Of a stretch of DNA of 64,000 bases, positions 45,983-55,529 are shown piece by piece. The notes beneath the pieces are model-generated. The model ran no database searches. It saw nothing but the letters and a program-made list of their open reading frames with translations, and had not been told where the DNA came from. The stretch is taken from the IMG/VR virus record IMGVR_UViG_3300050016_000100, positions 1 to 64,000 of that record, one strand, 5' to 3'. How positions within the stretch are numbered: position 1 is the stretch's first letter; the number at the start of each line of letters is the position of its first letter. This stretch comes from a virus. The translations under genes and the position numbers were made by a program.

Positions 45983-46939
45983 ATGGGTGACTTTCAGAAG
46001 CAAGTGAACGCGAACCAGGCTCCCGCGGTTGCGGGCGACTACGCCAGTTCGAATCCGCGATCCTCGGTTCTTGCCGGGGCTGGCGGACTCGTCGCCGGCG
46101 CCCCCGGCGTGACCGTCGGCCGATTCGCATGGCTGAGCTATGCGACGAGCGACAACGACAATGCTCCGGCAACCGTCTTCAGCTTTGGTTCCGGACCCGT
46201 TGCAGGCATCGTGCCGCGGAAGCAGCAGGCGCTGATCACGAAGTACCTCGCCTCGGCGAGTAACGTCATCGCCCCGGGCTTCGGCATGTGGCTCGATAGC
46301 TCCGGCGACTTCTGGATGCAAAATGACGGCATCACACCGGCGCTGATCGGCCAGAAGGCGTTCGCGAACTATGCGGACGGCAAGGCCATCTTCGCCGCCG
46401 CAGGCGCCACGCCCGCGACCGCGTCGGTCACCGGCACCGTTGCCGGCCAGACCGCGTCGGTCACCGGATCGATCCTGGGCAATCTGCTCACGGTCAGCGC
46501 GGTCGGCTCCGGTTCACTCGTTCCAGGTGCAGTCCTTGCTTCCGGTACGGCGGTCGCTACCGGCACGAAGATCGTGCAGCAGATGTCCGGCACCATCGGC
46601 GGCGTCGGCACTTACCTGGTCGACATTCCGAACCAGAACACCACACCTAACCTGACGATCACGGCCGCCTATGGCCTGCTGACTGTCTCGGCCGTCGGTT
46701 CGGGTGCTCTTGACGTTGGCGATGTCCTCGCGTCCGGAACTGCCATCACTGCCGGCACGGTCATCACCGGCCTCGGCACTGGCACCGGCCTCACCGGCAC
46801 TTACTACGTCAGCCAGGCGACCGACTCGACGCCTGGAATCACCATCACCGCCGCGCGCGCCATCGAGACCAAGTGGTACGCGAGGTCAGCCGGGCTCCCG
46901 GGCGAGCTCGTCAAGATTTCCTCACAGCCGCTCGGCTAA
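45983..46939 (+). CDS. Head decoration/cement protein
   Basis: FQ.QVN...A.AVAGD.AS.NPR; between scaffold and MCP. Confidence 0.75.
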   Translation: MGDFQKQVNANQAPAVAGDYASSNPRSSVLAGAGGLVAGAPGVTVGRFAWLSYATSDNDNAPATVFSFGSGPVAGIVPRKQQALITKYLASASNVIAPGFGMWLDSSGDFWMQNDGITPALIGQKAFANYADGKAIFAAAGATPATASVTGTVAGQTASVTGSILGNLLTVSAVGSGSLVPGAVLASGTAVATGTKIVQQMSGTIGGVGTYLVDIPNQNTTPNLTITAAYGLLTVSAVGSGALDVGDVLASGTAITAGTVITGLGTGTGLTGTYYVSQATDSTPGITITAARAIETKWYARSAGLPGELVKISSQPLG

Positions 46940-46953
46940 AGGAGCAACGCATC

Positions 46954-48045
46954 ATGAACCGACAAGAAGCAATGCAGGCTTGGGGCGCGGACTCCGCGCA
47001 CCTGGCCGCCCGTGGGTTGGTCCTTCTGGACGCGAAGTCGTATATCCCGGACGAGTTCCGGCACGACTTTGCGCTCGCGATGGACGCGCAACCTGCGCTC
47101 GCGACATCGGCGAACGCCGGCATCCCGGCTTATCTGACGATGTTCGTCGATCCGGAGCAGGTCAAAATCCTGTTCTCTCCGACCAACGCCGCGAAAATTA
47201 TCGGCGAAATGAAGAAGGGCACGTGGCTCGACGAAACCGCGATATTCACGGTGATCGAACACACCGGCGAGGTGACCAGCTACGGCGACTACGCCGAGGG
47301 TGGCAGTTCCGGTGTCAACACCAACTTCCCGCAGCGCCAATCGTATCTATTCCAGACGATGAAGCGCTACGGCGAGCGTGAGCTCGAACGCGCTGGTCTC
47401 GCCCGCCTCAACTATGTGAGCGAGATCGACGTCGCGGCGTCGATGAGCCTGAACAGGCTTGCCAACCTCTCCTACTTCTTCGGTATTGACGGCCTGCAGA
47501 ACTATGGGCTGATCAACGACCCGAACCTGTCGGCGGCGATCACCCCGGCGACGAAGTCGAACGGCGGCACCGGCTGGTTCACGACCGGCGGCGGCGTCAA
47601 CGCGACGGCGAACGAGGTCTACAACGACATCGTCGCGATGTTCAAACTGCTGGTCGATCAGTCCGGTGGCAACCTCGACAAGGAAGCGAGTTGCGTCCTA
47701 GCGATGTCGCCCGACTCGGCACTCGCCCTGCAGTTCACGAACACCTTCAACGTCAACGTGGAGGATCTGCTGAAGAAGAACTTCAAGAACCTCCGCCTCC
47801 AGACCGCCGTGCAGTACGGCGCCACGTCGGCGACCAACCCGCAGGGCGTCGCCGCCGGCAATCTCGTTCAGCTGATCGCTGAGAACGTGGAAGGCCAGAA
47901 AACCGGCACCTGCGCGTTCAACGAAAAGATGCGCTCGCATCCGATCATCCGGGCGACCTCGTCCTTCCAACAGAAGGCAACCGCGGGAACCTTCGGGGCC
48001 GTGATCAAGCAGCCCTTCGCGTTCGCGCAAATGGTGGGAGTGTAA
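46954..48045 (+). CDS. Major capsid protein (DUF2184-like)
   Basis: AMDAQP.L.T..N.GIP, YGD, RQSY..QT...YGE.E, YFFG..GL.NYGL.NDP. Confidence 0.88.
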   Translation: MNRQEAMQAWGADSAHLAARGLVLLDAKSYIPDEFRHDFALAMDAQPALATSANAGIPAYLTMFVDPEQVKILFSPTNAAKIIGEMKKGTWLDETAIFTVIEHTGEVTSYGDYAEGGSSGVNTNFPQRQSYLFQTMKRYGERELERAGLARLNYVSEIDVAASMSLNRLANLSYFFGIDGLQNYGLINDPNLSAAITPATKSNGGTGWFTTGGGVNATANEVYNDIVAMFKLLVDQSGGNLDKEASCVLAMSPDSALALQFTNTFNVNVEDLLKKNFKNLRLQTAVQYGATSATNPQGVAAGNLVQLIAENVEGQKTGTCAFNEKMRSHPIIRATSSFQQKATAGTFGAVIKQPFAFAQMVGV

Positions 48046-48051
48046 GATCCA

Positions 48052-48582
48052 ATGGCTGATAAGCAGAAGCAGAACGTCAAGACCGCGGGGGCCGTAGCGG
48101 CTCCCGCGATCGCGGCAGCGAAAGCGACCAAGACTGTCACCGTCGCGTGCAAGATGCCGAGCGGCCTCCTGCTCCGCATCTTCAAGATGGTCGACCAATC
48201 CGTCCAGGTCATGGGCGGCGGCAGCCGCATCGAGAAGCAGGCCGAACAGATCGGCAAGGCCGTAAAGATCAACGGCTACGCCAGCCCGTTCGGTAAGGCG
48301 CCGAAGCACACCGTCCTCGAGCAGACCTACGGCGGCTACGGGCTCACGCCCGGAGTCGACGCGGAGTTCTTCGCCAAGTGGATGCACGACAATGCGGAGA
48401 GCGATCTGGTGAAGAACAGGATCGTATTCGCGGCGTCCGACTCGGATCGAGTCGAAGCTGAAGCGGATGACTACAAGAAGGAATGGGACGGGATGCACCC
48501 GATCACGCCCGACACCGACAAACGCATCCCACGCGGTGTCAAGACCGCCGACGAACAGAAGAAACCACAGGCGGCGGCCTGA
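48052..48582 (+). CDS. Conserved head-associated hypothetical protein
   Basis: VTVACK.P.GL; YGLTPGVD.EFF.KW. Confidence 0.75.
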   Translation: MADKQKQNVKTAGAVAAPAIAAAKATKTVTVACKMPSGLLLRIFKMVDQSVQVMGGGSRIEKQAEQIGKAVKINGYASPFGKAPKHTVLEQTYGGYGLTPGVDAEFFAKWMHDNAESDLVKNRIVFAASDSDRVEAEADDYKKEWDGMHPITPDTDKRIPRGVKTADEQKKPQAAA

Positions 48583-48586
48583 TCCG

Positions 48587-49039
48587 ATGGGCGCCGTCGC
48601 CACCTTCGACTATGCGGCATGGCTCGCGCGCTATCCTGAGTTCGGCCCGAGCGGGCAGCAGCCCGTCTCGGCCGACCAGGCGGCGATGTATTTCGCGGAG
48701 GCAACGGACAATCATCGCAACGACGGATTCGGGCCCGTCGAAGATGCGACCACGCAGCTTCGGCTACTGAATATGCTGACCGCACACATCGCGGTCCGCA
48801 ACGCAGCAAACGCTAATGGATCTCCGGCATCCGGGCTGGTCGGGCGAATCTCGTCCGCGACCGAGGGCTCGGTATCGGTATCAACCGATGCTCCGGGGAT
48901 TCCCGCATCGGCGGCATGGTTAGCGCAGACCAAATATGGACTAGACTACTGGAACGCGACGAAGTCGTACCGGACGGCCCGCTATCGCGCGCGCCCGACG
49001 AGGGTCATCAACGGCCCCTACCCGTTTTTTAGGCAGTAG
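48587..49039 (+). CDS. Head-tail adaptor (DUF4054)
   Basis: F......YPEF, LL..L.AH, VGRI.SATEGSVSVS, QT.YG..YW. Confidence 0.85.
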   Translation: MGAVATFDYAAWLARYPEFGPSGQQPVSADQAAMYFAEATDNHRNDGFGPVEDATTQLRLLNMLTAHIAVRNAANANGSPASGLVGRISSATEGSVSVSTDAPGIPASAAWLAQTKYGLDYWNATKSYRTARYRARPTRVINGPYPFFRQ

Positions 49040-49041
49040 CC

Positions 49042-49491
49042 GTGGCGAGGTTCAAGGGCGGCGCGAAACTCACTGCCGCGCTGCGCGAGCTGGCGGAGAA
49101 GGTCACGAAACCCGGCACGCTCCGCGTCGGGTTCCTCGAAGGCGCGACCTATCTGGACACCACGCCGGTCGCGATGATCGCGGCGATCCAGAACTGGGGA
49201 GCGCCGAAGGCCAACATCCCGCCGCGACCGTTTTTCTCGAACATGGTCCGCGACAAGAGTCCGGGATGGGGAAAAGCCGTCGAGACGAACTTGAAGGACA
49301 CCGGGTACGACGCTACGGTGGCGCTCAAGCGAGTCGGTAAAGGAATTGCGGGACAGCTGCGACAATCAATCCTCGATACGACCACCCCGCCGCTTAAGCC
49401 GGCGACGGTCCGTCGAAAAGGATTCGACAAGCCGCTGGAAGATACCGGCCACATGCTCAACAGAGTAAACTTCGAAGTTAAGGGCGACTGA
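49042..49491 (+). CDS. Neck/tail completion protein
   Basis: RVGF, IPPRPF, KGFDKPL.DTGHM. Confidence 0.8.
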   Translation: MARFKGGAKLTAALRELAEKVTKPGTLRVGFLEGATYLDTTPVAMIAAIQNWGAPKANIPPRPFFSNMVRDKSPGWGKAVETNLKDTGYDATVALKRVGKGIAGQLRQSILDTTTPPLKPATVRRKGFDKPLEDTGHMLNRVNFEVKGD

Positions 49492-49494
49492 CCG

Positions 49495-50715
49495 ATGCGA
49501 GGAATCTACGCCAGCCTCCCGATATGGGGGGGCGCGCACGTCGCGCTCTGGAGCCGCTATGCGCTTCCGGCCATGCTGGCGCCAGGCAATCTGCCGGCGA
49601 TCTCGCGGATCGCGCCGACGACGGTGCTGATCTACACGAACGCGATGGACAGGAACGTTATTGAGGCGCTTCCCGAGTTTAACGACCTGATGGACGTCTG
49701 CGCGGTATCGTTCGTCATCATCGGCGTCGACGCGAACGAAATGGTGGAGCTCCTTCACCCCCAGGCCCGCCACGGTGGAACCTGCTACAAAAATTGTCAG
49801 AACATGGCAATCAAGCGCGCGTGGGAGGACGACTGCGGCAACGTCTTTATGACCGCCGACACGATCTGGTCGAACAACGGCGCGGCCAAGATCGAGGAGG
49901 CGCTCGCCGCAGAGAAACGCGGACTCGTACACGTCGGCTATTGCACGGGCGGGCGGGCACTCACGGCGAATCCGGATGCGCTCGGCCGCGAGATGGCGGC
50001 GTGGGCGGCCGATGCAACACCGCTCGAGATGTCGCGGCGCTTCCTGCGCGCAAGCGGCGGCGGGGCGCTGCCGCCATCGATCACGGAGCCGAAGTTCGGA
50101 CGTAACCCGTCGAACCTACGATGGTCGACGGGGGACGGGCGCGGGATGATGGTCCGGCCGATCCATCTCAACCTCAGCTTCGCGTACCCGCAGATGGGGC
50201 CGATCGCGATGAACCACGGCGTCGACCACGACTTCGCGAACCGGGCGTTCACCAGCCGGGACCAGCTGATGCTGATCCAGGACACGACCGAGTTCATGGT
50301 GCTCAGCATCGATACGCTCGGCGATAGCGCACCGGTCTATGATCCTGGGCAGGAGCCGGACTATCCGGACTACAGCCCGGAACTCGTGGCGGCCTACATG
50401 AAGGATTCGGCGTCGCCGTGGCAGCGGGAGTGGATGCGCGATTACTGGTGGTGCCACGATGGCACGCTTGCGCTTGACGACCCCGATCGCCAGCGCGTCG
50501 AACGCGAGAGCGATCTAGCGGTTGATGAGATGTTCGCTTGCTACAACCGCGCGGCCACCATTGCGTTCTGGGCGAATCGGCGGCAACAAGGATTGCCAAT
50601 GACTCACAGAACGGAAGTGGGACACAAGAAACACAGCGCGACTATGCGTGCGCGACATCAACTAGGGCGATCTCGCCCCAACCGCTCGGCGGTGATAGGA
50701 AGGGAGGTGGGTTGA
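49495..50715 (+). CDS. Putative GT-A-like glycosylation-locus protein
   Basis: LP.WG......LP..LAPGNLP, IYT, F..AD..W pattern seen in glycan loci. Confidence 0.45.
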   Translation: MRGIYASLPIWGGAHVALWSRYALPAMLAPGNLPAISRIAPTTVLIYTNAMDRNVIEALPEFNDLMDVCAVSFVIIGVDANEMVELLHPQARHGGTCYKNCQNMAIKRAWEDDCGNVFMTADTIWSNNGAAKIEEALAAEKRGLVHVGYCTGGRALTANPDALGREMAAWAADATPLEMSRRFLRASGGGALPPSITEPKFGRNPSNLRWSTGDGRGMMVRPIHLNLSFAYPQMGPIAMNHGVDHDFANRAFTSRDQLMLIQDTTEFMVLSIDTLGDSAPVYDPGQEPDYPDYSPELVAAYMKDSASPWQREWMRDYWWCHDGTLALDDPDRQRVERESDLAVDEMFACYNRAATIAFWANRRQQGLPMTHRTEVGHKKHSATMRARHQLGRSRPNRSAVIGREVG

Positions 50716-50720
50716 CGGAA

Positions 50721-51648
50721 ATGAAGTTTCTCGTCAACCTTTGACCTCTTTAATCACAATGAGACCGGGCAGCGGTCGCTCGAGGACGTGGTCGGCATCT
50801 TCGGCCACCAGCTTCGCGCGCTCGGCCACAAGATCGTATGGGCGCCGGATAACAAAAAATGGCTTCCGCGCGATGCTGGTGTGAACATCATCGTCGAGGG
50901 GTTCTCGAAGGAAGCTGTTGCGTCGATTGCTAACGGTCACGCGCAGGGTGCGCGATTCTTGATCCTCGCGACGGAAGAGCCCACACCGAAGGGGTTCAAC
51001 CACGGCACGCAGGAAGAGATGGTCCGGCGCCAGGAGTTATTTCCGGAGGCCGCTAAGTATGCGGAGGGGATCCTTCACTTCGTTCCGGGCGACGCGGTCA
51101 CGCGCTGGTACGCGCAGTTCGCGCCGGCTGCGATGGTCGAGCTCGGCTACGCCGACACGCTTGTTCGCACTCCAGACAATAAGGAACCAGCCTACGACTT
51201 CGGTTTCTTCGGATCACTGTCGCCTCGCCGGCACAAGATTCTCAAGAAACTCGCGAAACGCATTGGCACCGTGAAGGCGGTCCGGATCGTCGCTGACTTT
51301 GCGACTCAGTTTGACCGCGATCAGGCCATGCGGGAGGCAAAGGTCATCGTCCAGATCAGGAAGTTCGATGAGATGGGGCTGGTCTCGTCGTCACGATGCA
51401 ACACTTCCCTGTGCATTGGGCGTCCGATCGTGGCGGAACCCCACTTGCTATCGAAGCCGTGGGACGAGATAGTGCGGTTCTCGACCACCCTAGACGGTTT
51501 CTACGATACGGCAATTATGATACGCGGAGCCTGGCGCGGCGTGCACGCGGATCAATTCGCCAAGTTTAAGCATCGGCTATCTCCCGAGCATTGCGTAGGC
51601 CGCGCGATGCGAGAGATCGGGTTCGACCTCGAAAGGTGTGCGGCGTGA
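50721..51648 (+). pseudogene. GT-B-like glycosyltransferase with 7-nt frameshifting insertion near start (or truncated start at 50788)
   Basis: YDFGFFGS...RR...SS.R; removing TTGACCT (50741-50747) restores MKFLVNLFNHNETGQRSLEDVV. Confidence 0.55.
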
Positions 51649-51670
51649 AGTAATTCAAAGGGGCGCGACA

Positions 51671-52099
51671 ATGGCTGACACGGTACGGGCTCGGAAGTAT
51701 CTTCCGACGCTCTCTGACCTCATCGACCGGCTGACGATCGTCCAGCTGAAGGCAGTCTTTATCCCGGCGCACCGGGACGAATACGTCGCCGAACGCAAGC
51801 TGATTGAGCACGACATCGACCTGATCCTATCGAAACAGAAACGCCGCATGACGGCAGCCGACATCCATGCGATCGTTGTCATCATGCTCGCGAACCGATT
51901 CATCTGGGAAAACGAATCGAAGGCCAGGGCCGGTGGCAAGGAACAGGACAAGCTCCTGAAGCTCACGCACTCGATCAACGGTGTGCGCGCGGCGGCAAAG
52001 AACGCGCTCGCACGATTCGACGGTGGCCGGAAGGATTACAAGATCGATGCCTTGGCGGCTGACTTGCCTCCGGAGTTCGGGAACTGGAAGGTGTTCTAG
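51671..52099 (+). CDS. Conserved helical protein of glycan loci
   Basis: L.DLIDRL.I..LK...N..IW..E...N..R...KN. Confidence 0.6.
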   Translation: MADTVRARKYLPTLSDLIDRLTIVQLKAVFIPAHRDEYVAERKLIEHDIDLILSKQKRRMTAADIHAIVVIMLANRFIWENESKARAGGKEQDKLLKLTHSINGVRAAAKNALARFDGGRKDYKIDALAADLPPEFGNWKVF

Positions 52100-52335
52100 T
52101 GACCGATGATCTCGAAACATTGATACGCAATAGGCAGAACGAATTGCGCGACCCGCGACGATTCACCCATCCGGTGATTGTTATCGACGAACGCTCGTTG
52201 ACAGAGCGAGTCGGCGACTGGATCGACGAACACGAATACGGATTGTTGAACTGGTCGATTGTGGCCACAGGCGCGGCTCTGATTCTCATTGTCGTCTGTC
52301 TGCTAGTAATGATCAGCGTCAGAGTTGTCAGTTGA
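52099..52335 (+). CDS. Small membrane protein
   Basis: C-terminal TM segment. Confidence 0.45.
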   Translation: MTDDLETLIRNRQNELRDPRRFTHPVIVIDERSLTERVGDWIDEHEYGLLNWSIVATGAALILIVVCLLVMISVRVVS

Positions 52336-52943
52336 AGACGATCGACCTGATCTCCTTCGAGGCCGACATCGCGGAAGCGTTCAATCGCGGCGAGATACGC
52401 GCGCCGGTCCACCTTGCGGGCGGAAACGAGGAACAGCTCATCGAGATATTCGAGGGCGTTCGGCCGATTGACTGGGTCTGCTGCTCGTGGCGATCGCATT
52501 ACCACTGCCTGCTCAAAGGCGTCCCACCGGAACGGCTGAAGGCCGACATCATCGCGGGCCGGTCGATAACGCTGACCTATCCGGAATACAGGATCGTCTC
52601 GTCGGCAATCGTCGGCGGCGTCCTACCGATTGCGCTCGGCCTCGCCTGGTCTATCGCGCGGGCGGGCGGCGATGAGCGGGTATTCGTCTTCGCTGGCGAC
52701 ATGACGTCGCTCGGCGGCATGTACGCAGAATGTAAACGCTATGCCGAGGGGTTCAACCTGCCGGTATTCTTCGTCGTCGAGGATAACGGCATCTCGGTCT
52801 GCACGGATACGAAAGACACGTGGGGCGAGCGGACGACGGTCTCAAAGCCTGAGGGAGTGCGCGCCGCGAATGGTGCGACGATGAGGTATCGCTACGTGCT
52901 GCCGTGGCCCCATGCCGGAGCAGGGAAGCGAGTTCAGTTTTGA
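52332..52943 (+). CDS. ThDP-dependent enzyme, E1-alpha-like subunit
   Basis: PVHL..G.E, WRSHYH.L.KG, AIVGG, GD...EDN motif. Confidence 0.88.
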   Translation: MKTIDLISFEADIAEAFNRGEIRAPVHLAGGNEEQLIEIFEGVRPIDWVCCSWRSHYHCLLKGVPPERLKADIIAGRSITLTYPEYRIVSSAIVGGVLPIALGLAWSIARAGGDERVFVFAGDMTSLGGMYAECKRYAEGFNLPVFFVVEDNGISVCTDTKDTWGERTTVSKPEGVRAANGATMRYRYVLPWPHAGAGKRVQF

Positions 52944-53461
52944 GCGCGTACTTCACCGAACTGTCACGCGCGATGGAGATGATCGGCTCCCACCCGCGCG
53001 CCGTGTTCATGGGCCAAGCGGTTGCCTGTGCCGGAACCGCAATGAGCCGAACACTTGCGGGCGTCCCGAAGAACAAGTTGATCGAGTTGCCCGTCGCTGA
53101 GGACATGCAGATGGGCATGGCGATCGGTGCAGCGATGAACGGCGATATGCCGGTGTGTATCTACCCGCGATTTAATTTTCTGCTGCTGGCGATGAGCCAG
53201 TTGGTGCTGCATCTCGATAAGCTGCCACTCTATTCCCGCTACCGGCCGCGCGTGATCATACGCACGGCGATCGCGACGCCGGACCCGCTCGATCCTGGAC
53301 CGCAGCACCTCGGCGACTATACCGAGGCGTTCGAACTGATGCTCACCACCGTCGTCGTGCGTAGGCTTGACGATGCCGCGCGGATCGTGCCGGAGTACAT
53401 GGACGCAACGCAGCGGTTGGAATCGACGCTGCTGGTCGAGCGGACGGAGCTCTACACATGA
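52940..53461 (+). CDS. ThDP-dependent enzyme, E1-beta-like pyrimidine-binding subunit (short)
   Basis: FMGQ, ELPVAE..Q.G.AIG.A..G, GPQH. Confidence 0.85.
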   Translation: MSAYFTELSRAMEMIGSHPRAVFMGQAVACAGTAMSRTLAGVPKNKLIELPVAEDMQMGMAIGAAMNGDMPVCIYPRFNFLLLAMSQLVLHLDKLPLYSRYRPRVIIRTAIATPDPLDPGPQHLGDYTEAFELMLTTVVVRRLDDAARIVPEYMDATQRLESTLLVERTELYT

Positions 53462-54597
53462 GTAGGCCGGAGATCAGATACCCCACAGCGTTCTCGGTGT
53501 GGGGCGACGAGGAGCGCGCGGCAATCGACCGTATTTTGAGGCGCGGCCAGTTAACGATGGGCGCCGAGGTCGCAACATTCGAACGCGAGTTTGCATCCTA
53601 TCACGACCGTAAGTACGCGATCATGGTCAACTCCGGAAGCTCGGCCAACCTGGTCGCCGTCGCGGCATTGTGTCACCGCACTGGATCTCGACCGATCAAA
53701 CGCGGGGATGTCGCATTGGTGCCTGCGCTGGCGTGGAGCACGACCTACGCTCCGATTATCCAGCACGGCCTCGATCTCGCGCTAATGGACTGCGACGGCG
53801 GATGGAACGCCGACGTTTATCATCCAAGACTCGATGCGAAGAATGCCCGCCTCGTTGTGGGATGCTCGATCCTCGGCAATCCAGCGAACCTGGAGGCGAT
53901 GCGCACTATGGCCGGTGTGCTCGATGCCGCATTCCTCGAAGACAACTGCGAGAGCATCGGCGCGCGGACGAGCGACGGGAAGCTATGCGGTACATTCGGC
54001 GATCTGAGCACCTTCTCGTTTTTCTATTCGCATCAAGTCAGCGCGATCGAGGGCGGCGCGATCCTGACCGACGACGAAGAGCTCGCCGGACTTTGCCGCA
54101 TCTTGCGGGCCCACGGATGGACGCGCGACGTCACGCCGCCGGTGTCGTTCGACGAGGAATACAATTTCGTCGCCTTCGGCTACAACGTGCGCCCGCTCGA
54201 GATGCACGCCGCGGTCGCGCGATGCCAGCTACGCAAGCTCGACGCCTTCACAATTCGCAGGCGGATGAACGCCGTCCTATTCCGCAAGCTGACCGCCGAC
54301 CTTCCGATCTTTCACCCGGACATCGATGGCGATCCGAGCCCGTTCGGTCTGCACTTCATGGTCAATGACCACGACGCCAGGAACCGGCTTGCGGTGGCCC
54401 TACGGGGCGATGGAATCGATTGCCGGCTGCCGACTGGCGGTAGCCTCACCCGGCATCCCTACGGGGCCCGCTGGAGCGCCCAGGAGACCCCTCGGGCGGA
54501 TGCGGTCCATGATCAGGGCATGTTTCTGGGCAACGGCCCGCTGGACCTGACCGATCAGATTACGGCGGCGGTCGAAGTCATGCGGAGGACGCTCTGA
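53458..54597 (+). CDS. DegT/DnrJ family PLP enzyme, ColD-like sugar 3-dehydratase
   Basis: VNSGSSANL, EDNCES.GA, FSFFYSHQ...EGG (His in place of Schiff-base Lys), GYN.RP. Confidence 0.85.
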   Translation: MSRPEIRYPTAFSVWGDEERAAIDRILRRGQLTMGAEVATFEREFASYHDRKYAIMVNSGSSANLVAVAALCHRTGSRPIKRGDVALVPALAWSTTYAPIIQHGLDLALMDCDGGWNADVYHPRLDAKNARLVVGCSILGNPANLEAMRTMAGVLDAAFLEDNCESIGARTSDGKLCGTFGDLSTFSFFYSHQVSAIEGGAILTDDEELAGLCRILRAHGWTRDVTPPVSFDEEYNFVAFGYNVRPLEMHAAVARCQLRKLDAFTIRRRMNAVLFRKLTADLPIFHPDIDGDPSPFGLHFMVNDHDARNRLAVALRGDGIDCRLPTGGSLTRHPYGARWSAQETPRADAVHDQGMFLGNGPLDLTDQITAAVEVMRRTL

Positions 54598-55529
54598 TGC
54601 GGATACTGATCACCGGCGGAGCCGGCTATATCGGATCGGTTCTCACGGCCGCGCTCCTGGAAGATGGCCACGATGTCACGGTTCTCGACAACTTCATGTA
54701 TCGGCAGACGTCGCTGAACATGCTTTGCGCGTACCATGACTTCGATGTAATTCGCGGAGACGCGCGGGATGCGGTGGCGCTATTGCCGCTGATCCGGAAG
54801 GCGGACGTGGTGATTCCCCTGGCGGGGCTTGTCGGCGCGTCGCTCTGCGCGAGCGACATGGCCGGCGCCGAGACGACGAACCTCGGCGCCGTGGTGACCG
54901 CGATCTCGTTGATGAGCCGGGAACAGTTGATGCTGATCCCGATCACGAACAGCGGTTACGGCGTAGGCGAACCAGGAATCGAGTGCACGGAAGAAACACC
55001 GATGCGGCCGATCAGTCTCTATGGGCGGACGAAGGTCGAAGCCGAGAAGATCGCACTCGATCATGGCAATGCGATCAGCTTCCGGCTCGCGACGGTCTTC
55101 GGTATGTCGGCCAGGATGCGGATCGACCTGTTGGTCAACGATTTCGTCTATCGCGCTGTGACAGACCGCGCGGTGGTGCTATTCGAGTCGCACTTCAAAC
55201 GGAATTACATTCACGTTCGCGACGTCGCCCGCGCGTTCTGTCACGGCATCGATAACTTCGACGCCATGAAGGGCCGACCCTATAATGTGGGGCTGTCCGA
55301 TGCTAACTTATCGAAGCTGGAACTATGCGAGCGGATCAAGGCGCGAATCCCGGCCTTTGTCTTTCTGGAGGCACCGATCGGTGAAGACCAGGACAAACGG
55401 GACTACATCGTCTCAAACGCACGCATCGAGGCGACCGGCTGGCGTCCGACATGGACGCTCGATGCTGGCATCGATGAGCTCGTCAAAGGCTACAGGATGA
55501 TCAGGAACACGATTCATGGGAACGCATAG
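54597..55529 (+). CDS. NAD-dependent epimerase/dehydratase/reductase (extended SDR)
   Basis: ITGGAGYIG; YGRTK. Confidence 0.9.
   Translation: MRILITGGAGYIGSVLTAALLEDGHDVTVLDNFMYRQTSLNMLCAYHDFDVIRGDARDAVALLPLIRKADVVIPLAGLVGASLCASDMAGAETTNLGAVVTAISLMSREQLMLIPITNSGYGVGEPGIECTEETPMRPISLYGRTKVEAEKIALDHGNAISFRLATVFGMSARMRIDLLVNDFVYRAVTDRAVVLFESHFKRNYIHVRDVARAFCHGIDNFDAMKGRPYNVGLSDANLSKLELCERIKARIPAFVFLEAPIGEDQDKRDYIVSNARIEATGWRPTWTLDAGIDELVKGYRMIRNTIHGNA

Noticed and set aside
52332-53461. Pyruvate dehydrogenase as central-metabolism auxiliary gene
   Set aside because: Subunits are short, E2/E3 are absent, and neighbours are NDP-sugar enzymes
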